Shown here: positions 35,849 through 46,137 of the stretch, one piece after another | How the letters are laid out: each line of letters starts with the position of its first letter | Position numbering within the stretch: position 1 is the stretch's first letter | NCBI GenBank assembly: GCA_007121455.1 | Contig: SKKN01000014.1 | Span: 20,653-84,652, forward strand | DNA length: 64,000 nucleotides | Source: Gemmatimonadota bacterium | GTDB taxonomy: Bacteria > Gemmatimonadota > Gemmatimonadetes > Longimicrobiales > Gaopeijiaceae | Direction of reading: 5' to 3' | Made by a program: the position numbers and the translations under genes | The notes under the pieces: model-generated | Told to the model about the DNA's origin: nothing | What the model saw: only the letters and a program-made list of their open reading frames with translations | Database searches by the model: none

Positions 35849-38728
35849 ATGGACACGCACATCCGCATCCGGGGAGCGCGCCAGCACAACCTGAAGAACC
35901 TCGACCTGGATCTTCCGCGCCGCACCCTCACGGTGGTCACCGGCCCGTCCGGCTCCGGGAAGTCGTCCCTCGCGCTCGATACCCTCTTCGCCGAGGGCCA
36001 GCGGAGGTACGTCGAGTCGCTCTCCACGTATGCCAAGCAGTTCCTGGAACGGATGGAGAAACCGGACGTGGATCGTGTGGACGGAATGTCTCCGGCGGTG
36101 GCGATCGAGCAGAAGAATCCGACGAAGACGAGTCGTTCGACCGTCGGGACCGCGACGGAGGTCCACGACTACCTGCGCCTGCTCTGGGCGAGGGTGGGCA
36201 GAACGATCTGTCCCGACTGCGACCGGGAGGTACGGCCGGACACGGTCAGCGGGGCTGTCGATGCGATTCTGGCGCTTCCGGAGGGGACCCGGTTCATGGT
36301 CGCCTTTCCTCTTCGGCCCAGCGAGGAGACGACACACAGCCTCCTGGTCGAGAACCTCGTCGCGATGGGCATGGTACGGGTGCTCGCGAATGGCGAGCTC
36401 TTCGATCTCGGCGCGCCGGGCGCTTCGGATCCGGAGGCGATCGGAGCGGATCTCATGGAGGCTTCGGAGATCCTCGTGGTGGTCGACCGGCTAAAGGTCG
36501 CCGAGGGCGTTCGGGACCGTCTGGCGGACTCGGTCGGAACCTGTTTTGTCGAGGGAGAGGGAGAGTGTGTGGTGGTCCTCGCCGGGGCCGAGCGGGTCGA
36601 GGGGGGGGACGCGTCTCCCGGGCGCCTCTCCTTCACGGAGCATTTCCGCTGTCCCCGCCACCCGGACCGCGTCTTTCCCGAACCCACGCCTCAGTTCTTT
36701 TCATTCAACAGTCCGTACGGTTCGTGTCCACTCTGCACCGGCTTCGGCGCGACCCTGGAGTACGATCTCGATTTGATCGTGCCCGACCCGGGACGAACCC
36801 TCGAAGAGGGTGCGATCGACCCCTGGACGAAGCCGCGATACAAGCGGGAGCGGGCGAAGCTGCTCGCCTTCGCCGAGAAGCGTGACATCTCGGTGCATGC
36901 GCCGTGGTGCGAGCTGCCCGAGGACTTCCGCGAGGCGGTGATCTACGGAGCAAAGCGGGGCAAGGGCCGCTTGGGCAAGCGCGGCTTCAAGGGAGTGATC
37001 CCCTTTCTGGTGTCGAGGGAAAAGAAGCGCTACAAGCGCTACATCCGGGTCTTCCTGAGGCAGTACCAGACACCGACCGTATGCCGAGAGTGCGGCGGCT
37101 CGCGGCTCCGGCCCGAAGCGCTGAATGTGGAGGTGGAAGGGAAGCGCATCTCCCACGTGAGCGAGATTCCTCTCGAGGAGCTCAACACCTGGCTGCTCGA
37201 ACTCGAGCTGGAGGGGGCCGCCGCCGAGATCGCGGAGACGATCCTCCGGGAGCTGCGGGCTCGGGTCTCCTTCCTCGTCGAAGTCGGGTTGGGCTACCTC
37301 AGCCTAAACCGGCAAGCCCGCACCCTTTCCGGAGGCGAGGCGCAGAGGATCTCCCTCGCGAACTCGTTGGGGAGCAGCCTCGTCGACACGATCTACGTCC
37401 TCGACGAGCCGACGATCGGCTTGCATCCCAGGGACACGGGCGCGCTCCTGGGACTCCTGGGCCGGCTTCGGGACGGCGGAAACACCGTGTTGGTCGTCGA
37501 GCACGATTCGCAGGCGATCGGTTCTGCGGATCATGTCGTGGAGCTGGGGCCGGCATCCGGGGAGCATGGGGGACAGGTCGTCTTCGAGGGAACGCCGGCC
37601 GAGCTCCTCCGGGCAGAGACCGCGACGGGACGCTTCCTCTCCGGTCGCAGCGAGACGAGCCCACCTCGTCGCCGCCGCGTGGATGGCCCTCGGCTCGTGC
37701 TCCGGGGCGCTCGGCTGCACAACGTGGACGGGGTCGACCTGGAGATTCCACTCGGGACCTTCAGCGCGGTGACCGGAGTGTCGGGGTCCGGAAAATCCAC
37801 CTTGATCCACGATGTGCTCTACCGAGCCCTCGAACGGGAGCTGAACGGCGGCGAGACGAGTGCGAAGGAGCATCTCGGGGAAGCCGTCGGGGCGTACGAG
37901 GCATTGGAGGGTGCAGGACGGCTCGACGCGGTCGTCCTCGTCGATCAGTCGCCGATCGGGCGGACGCCGCGCTCGAATCCCGTCACGTACATCCGGGCGT
38001 GGGACGAGATTCGTCGGATCTTCTCCGAACTGCCCATCTCGCGCTCACGGGGTTATTCTCCCCGGCACTTCTCCTTCAATGTGGCCGCCGGGCGGTGCGA
38101 GGAGTGCAAGGGGGCGGGGCAGGTGGAGGTGGAAATGATCTTCATGGCCGACGTCTACGTCCCCTGCGACGCCTGTCGGGGAACCCGCTTCCAGCCGGAG
38201 CTTCTCGATGCCAGGTATCGCGACCGGAACATCTCCCAGGTGCTCGACCTCACGGTGGACGCGGCGATCCGCTTCTTCCTGAAGGAGGACCGCCTCGGTC
38301 AGGCTCTCTGGCATCTCCAGCAGGTGGGGCTCGGATACCTTCGGTTGGGCCAGCCCGCGACGACTCTCTCGGGAGGGGAGGCCCAGCGGCTGAAGATCGC
38401 CCGGGAGCTTGCCGGCGTCTCCGGAACGACGGGGAGAAAGCTCTACCTCCTGGATGAGCCCACGACCGGGCTCGCCGGCGAGGACGTGCGAAAGCTCCTC
38501 CATGTCCTGGACCGTCTCGTGGACGCTGGGAACACGGTCGTGGTCATCGAGCACAACCTCGATCTGATCCGGACCGCCGACTGGGTCGTGGACATGGGTC
38601 CCGGTGCGGGAAACCGTGGAGGTCGCGTGGTCGCGGCGGGTCGTCCGGAAGAGGTTGCCGAGGCGCCGGAGAGCGTGACGGGACGATACCTGAGAGAGCA
38701 CCTCGTAGCCGAGGTCGGAGCCGACTGA
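35849..38728 (+). CDS. uvrA: Excinuclease ABC subunit A
   Basis: 959 aa with two ABC modules (Walker A GPSGSGKSSLA and GVSGSGKSTLI) and zinc-finger Cys pairs (CPDCDR, CRECGG, CEECKG...CDACRG). Confidence 0.97.
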   Translation: MDTHIRIRGARQHNLKNLDLDLPRRTLTVVTGPSGSGKSSLALDTLFAEGQRRYVESLSTYAKQFLERMEKPDVDRVDGMSPAVAIEQKNPTKTSRSTVGTATEVHDYLRLLWARVGRTICPDCDREVRPDTVSGAVDAILALPEGTRFMVAFPLRPSEETTHSLLVENLVAMGMVRVLANGELFDLGAPGASDPEAIGADLMEASEILVVVDRLKVAEGVRDRLADSVGTCFVEGEGECVVVLAGAERVEGGDASPGRLSFTEHFRCPRHPDRVFPEPTPQFFSFNSPYGSCPLCTGFGATLEYDLDLIVPDPGRTLEEGAIDPWTKPRYKRERAKLLAFAEKRDISVHAPWCELPEDFREAVIYGAKRGKGRLGKRGFKGVIPFLVSREKKRYKRYIRVFLRQYQTPTVCRECGGSRLRPEALNVEVEGKRISHVSEIPLEELNTWLLELELEGAAAEIAETILRELRARVSFLVEVGLGYLSLNRQARTLSGGEAQRISLANSLGSSLVDTIYVLDEPTIGLHPRDTGALLGLLGRLRDGGNTVLVVEHDSQAIGSADHVVELGPASGEHGGQVVFEGTPAELLRAETATGRFLSGRSETSPPRRRRVDGPRLVLRGARLHNVDGVDLEIPLGTFSAVTGVSGSGKSTLIHDVLYRALERELNGGETSAKEHLGEAVGAYEALEGAGRLDAVVLVDQSPIGRTPRSNPVTYIRAWDEIRRIFSELPISRSRGYSPRHFSFNVAAGRCEECKGAGQVEVEMIFMADVYVPCDACRGTRFQPELLDARYRDRNISQVLDLTVDAAIRFFLKEDRLGQALWHLQQVGLGYLRLGQPATTLSGGEAQRLKIARELAGVSGTTGRKLYLLDEPTTGLAGEDVRKLLHVLDRLVDAGNTVVVIEHNLDLIRTADWVVDMGPGAGNRGGRVVAAGRPEEVAEAPESVTGRYLREHLVAEVGAD

Positions 38729-38934
38729 CGTCGATCGGTGCACGGTGGGCCCCGAGCTTGCCCCCATACCCCGATCGGCGTTATTTTTCAAGGGCTATGG
38801 GGTGACCGAAGTACTGCTGGGGCCGACCCCGGCGCTGCCATTTCTTCCACCCTTCCGAACGAACCTCTGACCTGAAGACTTCCGAGCCGGCCGGAAAGCG
38901 CCCGGAACCGTCCTTCACCTGAAAAGGCCAATCC

Positions 38935-41466
38935 ATGGATCCTGAGAACGGGCACGGAGTGCTCGCCCGCCTCCTGGAAGACGAGATGCGAGAGTCGTTC
39001 ATCGACTACTCGATGAGCGTCATCGTGCAGCGTGCGCTTCCCGACGTCCGGGATGGGCTGAAGCCCGTGCACCGCCGGATCCTCTACGCGATGAGCGATC
39101 TCGGGCTCGGTCCGGGCCGGCCCTACAAGAAGAGCGCGAGTGTGGTGGGTGAAGTGCTCGGAAAGTACCACCCCCATGGCGATTCCGCTGTCTACGATTC
39201 GATGGTTCGGATGGTTCAGGAGTTCTCGCTCCGGTATCCGTTGGTCGATGGGCAGGGGAACTTCGGATCGGTGGACGGCGACTCCGCGGCGGCGTACCGG
39301 TACACGGAGGCCCGCCTGGCGCCGATCGCGGTGGAACTCCTCTCCGACATCGAGAAGGAGACCGTAGCCTTTTCGCCCAATTTCGACGGGCGGATCATGG
39401 AGCCGACCGTGCTCCCGTCGAAGTTCCCGAATCTGCTCGTGAACGGGAGCAGCGGGATCGCGGTGGGGATGGCGACGAACATTCCGCCCCACAACCTCCG
39501 TGAAGTCGTCGATGCGCTTGTGGGGCTGATCGACGACCCGGAGATGCCACAGGAGGAGCTCGAAGCGCGGATCACCGGTCCGGACTTCCCCACAGGCGGC
39601 TACATCTGTGGTCGAGAGGGGATTCGGGATGCCTACCGCACCGGGAGGGGCCGGGTCGTCATGCGGGCGAAGGCGGACATCGAGGAGATGGAGTCGGGCG
39701 GGGAGCGGATCGTGATCGGGGAGATTCCCTTCATGGTCAACAAGTCCCGCCTGATCGAACAGATCGCCGAGCTGGTCCGGGAGAAGAAGCTTTCCGAGAT
39801 CTCCGCTCTCCGGGACGAGACGGACCGGGAGGGGATGCGGATCGTCGTGGAGCTCAAGAGGGACGCCATTCCAGAGGTGCTCCTGAACAAGCTCTACAAG
39901 CACACCCAGATGCAGTCGACATTCGGAACGATCCTTCTCGCGTTGGTGGACGGGGTGCCGAAGGTGATGGCCCTTCGCGAGATGCTGCTCCACTTCATCG
40001 AGCACCGCCATACCGTGGTGGTGCGTCGGAGCGAGTTCGATCTGCGGAAGGCGAAGGCCCGGGAGCACATTCTCGAAGGGCTGAAAATCGCCGTCGACCA
40101 CATCGACGAGGTCATCAAGATCATCCGCGGCTCCCAGGACAGCGAGGCGGCGTCCACCAGCCTGCAGGAGCGCTTCGAGCTTTCCGAGGTCCAGGCGAAG
40201 GCGATTCTCGATATGCGTCTGGCGCGCCTCACCGGGCTCGAGATGGAGAAGCTGGAGTCGGAGCTGGCGGAGGTGAGGGCACGGATCGAGGAGCTCGAGG
40301 CGATTCTCGCGAGTCGCGACCTTCGCATGGACGCCGTGAAGGAGGAGCTCGCGGAGGTCACCGAGAAGTATGGGGACGATCGCAGGACGGAGATCATCGG
40401 GGAGACGTCGGATTTCTCGATGGAGGACCTGATCGCCGACGAGGAGATGGTGATCACCCTGAGCCGTCAGGGATATGTGAAGCGGATCCCGACGAGCACA
40501 TATCGGGCGCAGCGCCGGGGGGGACGCGGCCTCCGCGGCATGGGAACGAAGGAGGAGGACTGGGTCGAGCAGCTCTTCGTCGCCTCCTCCCACGACGTCC
40601 TGATGATCTTCACCCGAAAGGGGGCCTGCCACTGGCTCAAGGTCTGGCAGATTCCGAAGGCCGGGCGCCAATCCCGGGGCAAGCCGATGGTGAACCTGGT
40701 GGACCTCGAGCGGGATGACGATATCGCCGCCATCGTACCCGTGCGCGAGTTTTCGGATGATCGCTATCTCCTCTTCTGCACCCGGAAGGGCGTGGTGAAG
40801 AAGTCGGCGCTCTCCGCGTACGGCAACATCCGAAAGGTGGGACTCAACGCGATCAAGGTCCGGGAGGGAGACGAGCTGATCGACGTGAAGATCACTGACG
40901 GAGACTGCGAGGTCATGCTCGCGACCCGAGACGGTATGGCGATCCGGTTCGACGAGGAAGATTGCCGCCCGCTCGGAAGGGTGACGGAAGGGGTGCGGGG
41001 GATCGCGCTCTCCGGCGACGACGTGGTGGTCGGAATGGTCGTGGTCCGCCCCGAGTCGACGCTTCTCGTCGTGACCGAGAAGGGGCTCGGGAAGCGCACC
41101 TCGGTCGAGGCCTACCGCTTGCAGGGGCGGGGAGGTAAGGGCGTGATCAACATGAAGCTCTCTCGCAAGACCGGCCGGGTCATCGACATCAAGGCCGTCC
41201 TTCCGGACGAAGAGGTGATGCTGATCACGAGGAAGGGCGTGGTGAACCGGCAACGGGTCGACGGGATCCGGGAGATCGGCCGCGCCACGCAAGGTGTACG
41301 GCTCCTCAGCCTCGATGCCGGAGACAAGGTGACGGATGTCGCCCGGATCGTTCCGGAGAACGGGGAAGAGGAGCTGGACGAGGCGCTGGAGGCGACGGAG
41401 GCCATCGAGGAGGATGGGGCGGGCGAAGTGGTGACGGAGGAAAGCTCGGCGCCGGACGGTGACTGA
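38935..41466 (+). CDS. gyrA: DNA gyrase subunit A
   Basis: 843 aa with [22 protein letters not shown], the catalytic-Tyr region [11 protein letters not shown]-terminal beta-pinwheel repeats and an acidic tail. Confidence 0.97.
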   Translation: MDPENGHGVLARLLEDEMRESFIDYSMSVIVQRALPDVRDGLKPVHRRILYAMSDLGLGPGRPYKKSASVVGEVLGKYHPHGDSAVYDSMVRMVQEFSLRYPLVDGQGNFGSVDGDSAAAYRYTEARLAPIAVELLSDIEKETVAFSPNFDGRIMEPTVLPSKFPNLLVNGSSGIAVGMATNIPPHNLREVVDALVGLIDDPEMPQEELEARITGPDFPTGGYICGREGIRDAYRTGRGRVVMRAKADIEEMESGGERIVIGEIPFMVNKSRLIEQIAELVREKKLSEISALRDETDREGMRIVVELKRDAIPEVLLNKLYKHTQMQSTFGTILLALVDGVPKVMALREMLLHFIEHRHTVVVRRSEFDLRKAKAREHILEGLKIAVDHIDEVIKIIRGSQDSEAASTSLQERFELSEVQAKAILDMRLARLTGLEMEKLESELAEVRARIEELEAILASRDLRMDAVKEELAEVTEKYGDDRRTEIIGETSDFSMEDLIADEEMVITLSRQGYVKRIPTSTYRAQRRGGRGLRGMGTKEEDWVEQLFVASSHDVLMIFTRKGACHWLKVWQIPKAGRQSRGKPMVNLVDLERDDDIAAIVPVREFSDDRYLLFCTRKGVVKKSALSAYGNIRKVGLNAIKVREGDELIDVKITDGDCEVMLATRDGMAIRFDEEDCRPLGRVTEGVRGIALSGDDVVVGMVVVRPESTLLVVTEKGLGKRTSVEAYRLQGRGGKGVINMKLSRKTGRVIDIKAVLPDEEVMLITRKGVVNRQRVDGIREIGRATQGVRLLSLDAGDKVTDVARIVPENGEEELDEALEATEAIEEDGAGEVVTEESSAPDGD

Positions 41467-42460
41467 GTCCGCGAGCAGGAAGGTGGCGGAGAGAGGGGCC
41501 GAGGAGGTCCTGGTTTCGATCGATGAGGTGAGGGAAGCGGCCGAAGCTCTGGAGGGAAAGGTGCTTCGGACCCCCCTCCTTCCCCACCTCGAGCTCGCCC
41601 AGGAGCGGGGCGGAGCGATCCGTCTCAAGTGCGAGTCCCTGCAGCGGACGGGCTCGTTCAAGGCTCGAGGCGCCTTGAACTTCGTGCGGCTGCAGGACCG
41701 CGGGATCCTCGCTCGGGGCGTCATCACGTATTCTTCCGGAAATCACGCGCAGGCCGTGGCGCACGCCGCACGGGTGCACGGGGTCCGGGCGGTCGTGGTG
41801 ATGCCGAGGACCGCACCCGAGGTGAAGCGGGAAGGCGCACGTCGACTCGGGGCCGAGATCATCATCGAAGGGACGACTTCCGTCGAGCGGAAGGAGCGGG
41901 CCGAGCACATTCGGGAAGAGGAGGGGCTGGTGATGGTGCCTCCCTTCGACGCACGCGAGATCATCGCCGGTCAGGGTACCGTTGCCCTCGAGGCACTCGA
42001 GGACTGGCCGGAGGTAGACCTTTTCATCATACCCATCGGCGGGGGAGGACTCGCAAGCGGGTGCGGCGTGGCGATACGGCACCTTCGCCCTTCCGCCAGG
42101 GTCGTGGGTGTGGAGGCGGAAGGAGCGGCATCGATGCGGGCTTCATTGGACCGTGGGGAGCCGGCCACACTCGACCGGATCGATACGATCGCGGACGGTC
42201 TCGCTCCGGTCCGGCCCGCCCGACGCACGTTCGATCATGTCCAGGCACTCTTCGACGATGTCGTCACGGTGCCGGATGATGCGATCGTCGAGGCCACCCG
42301 CGACCTGCTTCTCCGGAGAAAGCTCGTCGTCGAGTTTTCAGGAGCCGCCGCCCTCGCTGCGGTGCTCACGGGAGCGGTGCCGGTCGAAGATCGTAAGGCG
42401 GTCGTGGTGCTGTCCGGGGGCAACATGGACCCCAGCCGGCTCCGTGAGGTGCTCGTTTGA
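41459..42460 (+). CDS. PLP-dependent threonine/serine dehydratase (short form, no ACT domain)
   Basis: 333 aa with the PLP-Lys motif SFKARGA and the glycine loop [15 protein letters not shown] 41459 overlaps the gyrA stop by 8 nt, so the start is uncertain. Confidence 0.85.
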   Translation: MTESASRKVAERGAEEVLVSIDEVREAAEALEGKVLRTPLLPHLELAQERGGAIRLKCESLQRTGSFKARGALNFVRLQDRGILARGVITYSSGNHAQAVAHAARVHGVRAVVVMPRTAPEVKREGARRLGAEIIIEGTTSVERKERAEHIREEEGLVMVPPFDAREIIAGQGTVALEALEDWPEVDLFIIPIGGGGLASGCGVAIRHLRPSARVVGVEAEGAASMRASLDRGEPATLDRIDTIADGLAPVRPARRTFDHVQALFDDVVTVPDDAIVEATRDLLLRRKLVVEFSGAAALAAVLTGAVPVEDRKAVVVLSGGNMDPSRLREVLV

Positions 42461-43431
42461 GCCTTCGAAACGACACGCTCACAGCCGTCCCCGGAATCGC
42501 CGTCGGACATGCCGAGGTATCCGGGTGGCGAAGTGGCTGTACGGTCGTCCTGGGGCCGTTCCGGGGAGCCGTCGAGATCGGGGGATCGGCCACGGGTTCC
42601 CGCGAGCTGGAAACGCTGCAGCCCACGCACATCGTCCCCCGGGTGGACGCGGTTCTCCTTACGGGGGGGTCGGCGTGGGGCCTCGCGGCGGCGGATGGTG
42701 TCGCGGACTGGCTGGAGGAGCAGGGACGCGGGTACCGGACTTCCGTAGCCCTGGTCCCGATCGTTCCTGCGGCGGTCCTCTTCGATCTCGAAGAGGGGAA
42801 GGCACGTCCCACTCGTACGACCGGTCGCACGGCCTCGGAGCGGGCCTCCCCGGATCCGGTGGCGCAGGGGCGCGTGGGTGCGGGCGCCGGCGCGAGCGTC
42901 GGAAAGATTCTGGGCGGTTCCGGCGCGATGCCGACGGGGGTTGGTTCGGCAGCGCTGCGCAGCGGGGGGACCGTGGTGGGCGCGCTGGTGGCCTTGAACG
43001 CGCTTGGAGATGTTCTGGACCGGACCGGCTCGATCGTGGCGGGAGCGAGAACAGAGGAAGGGGGCTTTCTGAACACTTCGAAGTTTCTTCGACGTGAAAC
43101 GGCACCCGAGAACTTCGGGGACCAGGGGTGGCCGGAGGACGTGAGCAATACGACCCTCGCCGTTGTGGCCACGGATGCGCCTCTCAGCCGGATCGACCTC
43201 GCCCGAGTGGCTCGGGTTGCGGCCACCGCGCTCCCCCGCTGCATTTCTCCGGTGAACACGCCGTTCGACGGAGACATCGTGTTCGCGCTTTCCACTGCAC
43301 CGTCGGTCGCTCCCCTCTCCTCGGGGGAGATCCTCTCTCTCGGAGTCGTGGCTCGCGACGTCCTCGAGGAGGCGATCCTCCGCGCCGCGCGACCCGGAGT
43401 CGACGGACCCGAACCGCGTCGAGGTGAGTAG
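42457..43431 (+). CDS. P1/S58 (DmpA-type) family aminopeptidase
   Basis: 324 aa with a TTG start in a TTGA overlap. Family pattern: LTAVPGIAVGH...GCTVVL...GGSATGSRE...AVLLTGGSAWGLAAADGV. Confidence 0.8.
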   Translation: MSLRNDTLTAVPGIAVGHAEVSGWRSGCTVVLGPFRGAVEIGGSATGSRELETLQPTHIVPRVDAVLLTGGSAWGLAAADGVADWLEEQGRGYRTSVALVPIVPAAVLFDLEEGKARPTRTTGRTASERASPDPVAQGRVGAGAGASVGKILGGSGAMPTGVGSAALRSGGTVVGALVALNALGDVLDRTGSIVAGARTEEGGFLNTSKFLRRETAPENFGDQGWPEDVSNTTLAVVATDAPLSRIDLARVARVAATALPRCISPVNTPFDGDIVFALSTAPSVAPLSSGEILSLGVVARDVLEEAILRAARPGVDGPEPRRGE

Positions 43432-43440
43432 GAGAGGCCC

Positions 43441-44160
43441 ATGGAGATCTCCACGCTGGTTCTTTTCGATATCGACGGCACTCTTCTGCGAGGCGGCCCT
43501 GCAAAGGAAGCATTCCGCATCGCGCTGCTCGAGGTGTTCGGAACGGCGGGACGAGCTGCCGAGTGGGAGTTTTCCGGAAAGACGGATCCACAGATCGCCC
43601 GGGAGCTCATGTTGGACGCCGGAGTTTCCTCGGGCCGGGTCGACCACGGTCTGGAGGTGCTCTGGCAGGTGTATCTCAGGGAGATGGAGTCACGGATCGC
43701 AGGGGATCCTCCGGAGGTGCTCCCGGGGGTGCACGAGCTCCTCGGCGCACTGGGAGAGGTCGAGGGGGCGATGCTCGGGCTCGTCACCGGGAACATTGCC
43801 GCAGGCGCAGCAGTCAAGCTCCGGTCGGCGAACCTCGCGGAGCGCTTCCCCATCGGGGCCTTCGGCTCCGATCATGAGGAGCGTAACCACCTCCCGAGGG
43901 TCGCGATCCAGAGAGCCGAAGAACAGTGGGGGACGACGTTCGCGGCGTCACGAGTGGTGGTGATCGGAGACACTCCCCGGGACGTCGCTTGCGGACGACA
44001 TGCCGGAGCACGCACCGTGGGGGTGGCGACGGGGCGCTTCGGAATCGACGACCTCGCGGGCGCGGGGGCGGATCGGGTATACGAGGACCTTTCAGACGTC
44101 GAAGAGCTTCTGGGCACGATCCTCGATCGGAACGGGTCGATCGGATCCCTGGAACCCTGA
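43441..44160 (+). CDS. HAD-superfamily hydrolase (phosphoglycolate-phosphatase-like)
   Basis: 239 aa with motif I LFDIDGTLL and the distal motif VVIGDTPRDVACG. AGGAGAGG lies upstream of the start. Confidence 0.85.
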   Translation: MEISTLVLFDIDGTLLRGGPAKEAFRIALLEVFGTAGRAAEWEFSGKTDPQIARELMLDAGVSSGRVDHGLEVLWQVYLREMESRIAGDPPEVLPGVHELLGALGEVEGAMLGLVTGNIAAGAAVKLRSANLAERFPIGAFGSDHEERNHLPRVAIQRAEEQWGTTFAASRVVVIGDTPRDVACGRHAGARTVGVATGRFGIDDLAGAGADRVYEDLSDVEELLGTILDRNGSIGSLEP

Positions 44161-44174
44161 CAAGGAAGAGCACG

Positions 44175-44924
44175 GTGTCGAAGAATCGAGCAAAGCGGAG
44201 AGCAGAGGCGAGGAGGGGCGGAGGAGCTCCTGGAGGAGGGACCGGCTCGAACCGGCTCTACGTCATCCTCGGAATCGTGGCCGCGCTCGCGCTCGGCTCC
44301 TTCGCCTACTCCTACTTTTCCGGCGCCCGAACCGGCGCAACGGCTCCCGTCGAGCTGGAGGGGGTCGAGGACTCGGAACGGCTCGTCGAGCTTGCGCAGG
44401 GAATCGAGCTCGGCGACCCCGACGCGGAAGTGACGATCATCGAGTTCGCTGATTACCAGTGTCCGGCGTGCCAGCAGTTCGCCACCCGGGTTCTTCCCTC
44501 GGTCAAGAGGGAGCTCGTCGATACCGGCCTCGCACGGTATGTCTTCTACGACTTTCCGTTGTCCTCCGCTCACCAGCACGCGTTCTTCGCCGCGCGAGCG
44601 GCTCGCTGTGCGGACGACCAGGATCGCTACTGGGACTATCACGACGAGCTCTTCCGGCATCAGAGCGAGTGGGCGCGAAGCGGGAGTCCCGCCCGCCTCT
44701 TCTCCGGATATGCCGCGGACCTGGGGCTCGACCGGAGCGAGTTCGACTCCTGCCTCCGAAGCGACCGCTATGCGGAGCTCGTGACCGCAAACCAGATTCT
44801 GGGGCAACGGATGGGTGTCTCCGGGACCCCGACCGTGCTCGTGAGCGGCGGCCAGGGAGGCGCTACCCGGGTCCAGAACTGGGACTTCGAGAACATCCGA
44901 CAGGCAGTCGAGGACGCTTCATAG
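44175..44924 (+). CDS. DsbA-family thioredoxin-fold protein, membrane-anchored
   Basis: The last 249 codons of track ORF 43926..44924, from GTG 44175, which is preceded by AAGGAAGAG. It has an N-terminal TM (LYVILGIVAALALGSFAY) and the redox motif YQCPACQQF. Confidence 0.8.
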   Translation: MSKNRAKRRAEARRGGGAPGGGTGSNRLYVILGIVAALALGSFAYSYFSGARTGATAPVELEGVEDSERLVELAQGIELGDPDAEVTIIEFADYQCPACQQFATRVLPSVKRELVDTGLARYVFYDFPLSSAHQHAFFAARAARCADDQDRYWDYHDELFRHQSEWARSGSPARLFSGYAADLGLDRSEFDSCLRSDRYAELVTANQILGQRMGVSGTPTVLVSGGQGGATRVQNWDFENIRQAVEDAS

Positions 44925-45000
44925 GCAGGGGTAGCTTCGGGAGAGGCGAGCGGGAAAAGGACTCCGGGACAGCAACGGCAGACCGAACGGGAGACAGCAA

Positions 45001-45198
45001 GTGAGTGAGGACAATGTGAAGATCCGGCTCCTCTTCGTGGACGAGGGCTCGTATCAGCATGAAGAGATCGAGGTGGCCCGGACGAACCTCGAGGGGTACG
45101 ACCGCCTCATCGACTTCCTCCGGGAGGAGCCCGCCGTGCTTCGCACCGTCTACCTGGATCTGGAGCGCCTTTGCTCGGCGCATCTCGTCAGCGGGTGA
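45001..45198 (+). CDS. Small hypothetical protein (65 aa)
   Basis: GTG start with GGGAG 7 nt upstream. Composition is protein-like and third codon positions are GC-rich. The sequence is MSEDNVKIRLLFVDEGSYQHEEIEVARTNLEGYDRLIDFLREEPAVLRTVYLDLERL. Its 3' end overlaps the convergent DUF402 gene by 11 nt. Confidence 0.55.
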   Translation: MSEDNVKIRLLFVDEGSYQHEEIEVARTNLEGYDRLIDFLREEPAVLRTVYLDLERLCSAHLVSG

Positions 45199-45721
45199 GC
45201 CTCAGGACACGGGTTCGGTCCCACTCCTGAACCACCACGGGCGGCCACCTTCCGGTGCGAGCCGCCTCCATGACGCTGCGCGCTTCTTCTCGTGCGCGCT
45301 CGGCGAGAGCTGCCTCGATCCAACCTCGCGTCTCCGCTTCCTCGAGCTGAGCTTCGTCCAGCAGGTGTGGATCGCCGTCCGGCGGCCACCAGACGTCCAG
45401 GTAGAGATCCGTGGTGCGCCACACTCCTCGGTCGTCAAAGGTGGGAGGGGTCAGCACGTTCGCGTAGAGGCCGGTGAACGTGCCGTCGGCTCGATGGAAC
45501 CTCCCGATGTCATGCCACAGTCCCGGAAAGGTGAACCAAACCACGTCGGATCCCGCTTCGAGAACGACCTCTCCTTCGATTTCCATCGGCGATTCCAGCT
45601 CCATCTCGCGTGCGAGCGTCACCTTCACATCGCTCCCGTCGAGGACGAGCTCCTGGGTGAAGATCTCCGTCTCGCGATGAGGTCGGTGGTAGTGGATGCG
45701 AACCGTAGGGCGCGAGCTCAT
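45188..45721 (-). CDS. DUF402 domain protein (nucleoside di/triphosphatase-like)
   Basis: The last 177 codons of track ORF 45188..45940, from ATG 45721 (ATGA overlap with the upstream stop). DUF402-like pattern: WFTFPGLWHDIGRFH...FTGLYANVLTPP...TTDLYLDVWWPPDG...LLDEAQL. Confidence 0.7.
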   Translation of the reverse strand: MSSRPTVRIHYHRPHRETEIFTQELVLDGSDVKVTLAREMELESPMEIEGEVVLEAGSDVVWFTFPGLWHDIGRFHRADGTFTGLYANVLTPPTFDDRGVWRTTDLYLDVWWPPDGDPHLLDEAQLEEAETRGWIEAALAERAREEARSVMEAARTGRWPPVVVQEWDRTRVLRLTR

Positions 45722-46113
45722 TCGTCCGGGCGCCGGGGGTCTGCCGCATGAAGCTTCCTTGCCGGTCCCTTCTCTCCTCCCGCTTCGCGGTGCAGTGATT
45801 CCACGAAAACGTTCATGATGCCTCCGCAGACGGCCGGGCTCCATGAGAGGAGGTCCTCGGTCAGATCCACGCGCACCATGCGCGGTCGCCCCGTCCGGAT
45901 CACCTCGAGCGCCGTTTCGATCACCTGGCCCTCCCCACACCCTCCCCCCACCGTTCCGACGAGCTCTCCCTCGGGAGACACGAGCATCTTGGTCCCCACC
46001 TTCCGTGGGGTGGAGCCCTTCGTGGAAACGATCGTCGCGAGGGCGGCGGCGCGGCGCTCCATTGCGGCTTCATGAAGCGCATGGTAGAGGTTTCGGTCTT
46101 CATGACGACGCAT
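45718..46113 (-). CDS. XdhC/CoxI N-terminal-domain-only protein
   Basis: 131 aa reading ALATIVSTKGSTPRKVGTKMLVSPEGELVGTVGGGCGEGQV..., which is typical of the XdhC_CoxI domain. There is no Rossmann domain. Confidence 0.75.
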   Translation of the reverse strand: MRRHEDRNLYHALHEAAMERRAAALATIVSTKGSTPRKVGTKMLVSPEGELVGTVGGGCGEGQVIETALEVIRTGRPRMVRVDLTEDLLSWSPAVCGGIMNVFVESLHREAGGEKGPARKLHAADPRRPDE

Positions 46114-46137
46114 GGCAACAAGCCTCCCGATGGTGGG

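Noticed and set aside
38729-38934. An inverted repeat CCCCATA...TATGGGG and an AT-richer patch in the uvrA-gyrA spacer. I considered a small RNA, a tRNA or a terminator.
   Set aside because: The arms are only 7 nt with a ~27-nt loop. There are no tRNA-like conserved elements (no T-loop GTTCRANYC) and no U-tract. It is probably just gyrA promoter/5'-UTR sequence, and I cannot support a specific call.
38788-41727. A 979-aa ORF antisense to gyrA, the longest ORF in the track.
   Set aside because: It lies exactly opposite a gene with unmistakable GyrA motifs. Its product is dominated by Arg, His, Leu, Pro and Asp with no recognisable domain. In a genome with very GC-rich third positions the antisense frames are naturally depleted of stop codons. 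I treat it as a shadow ORF.
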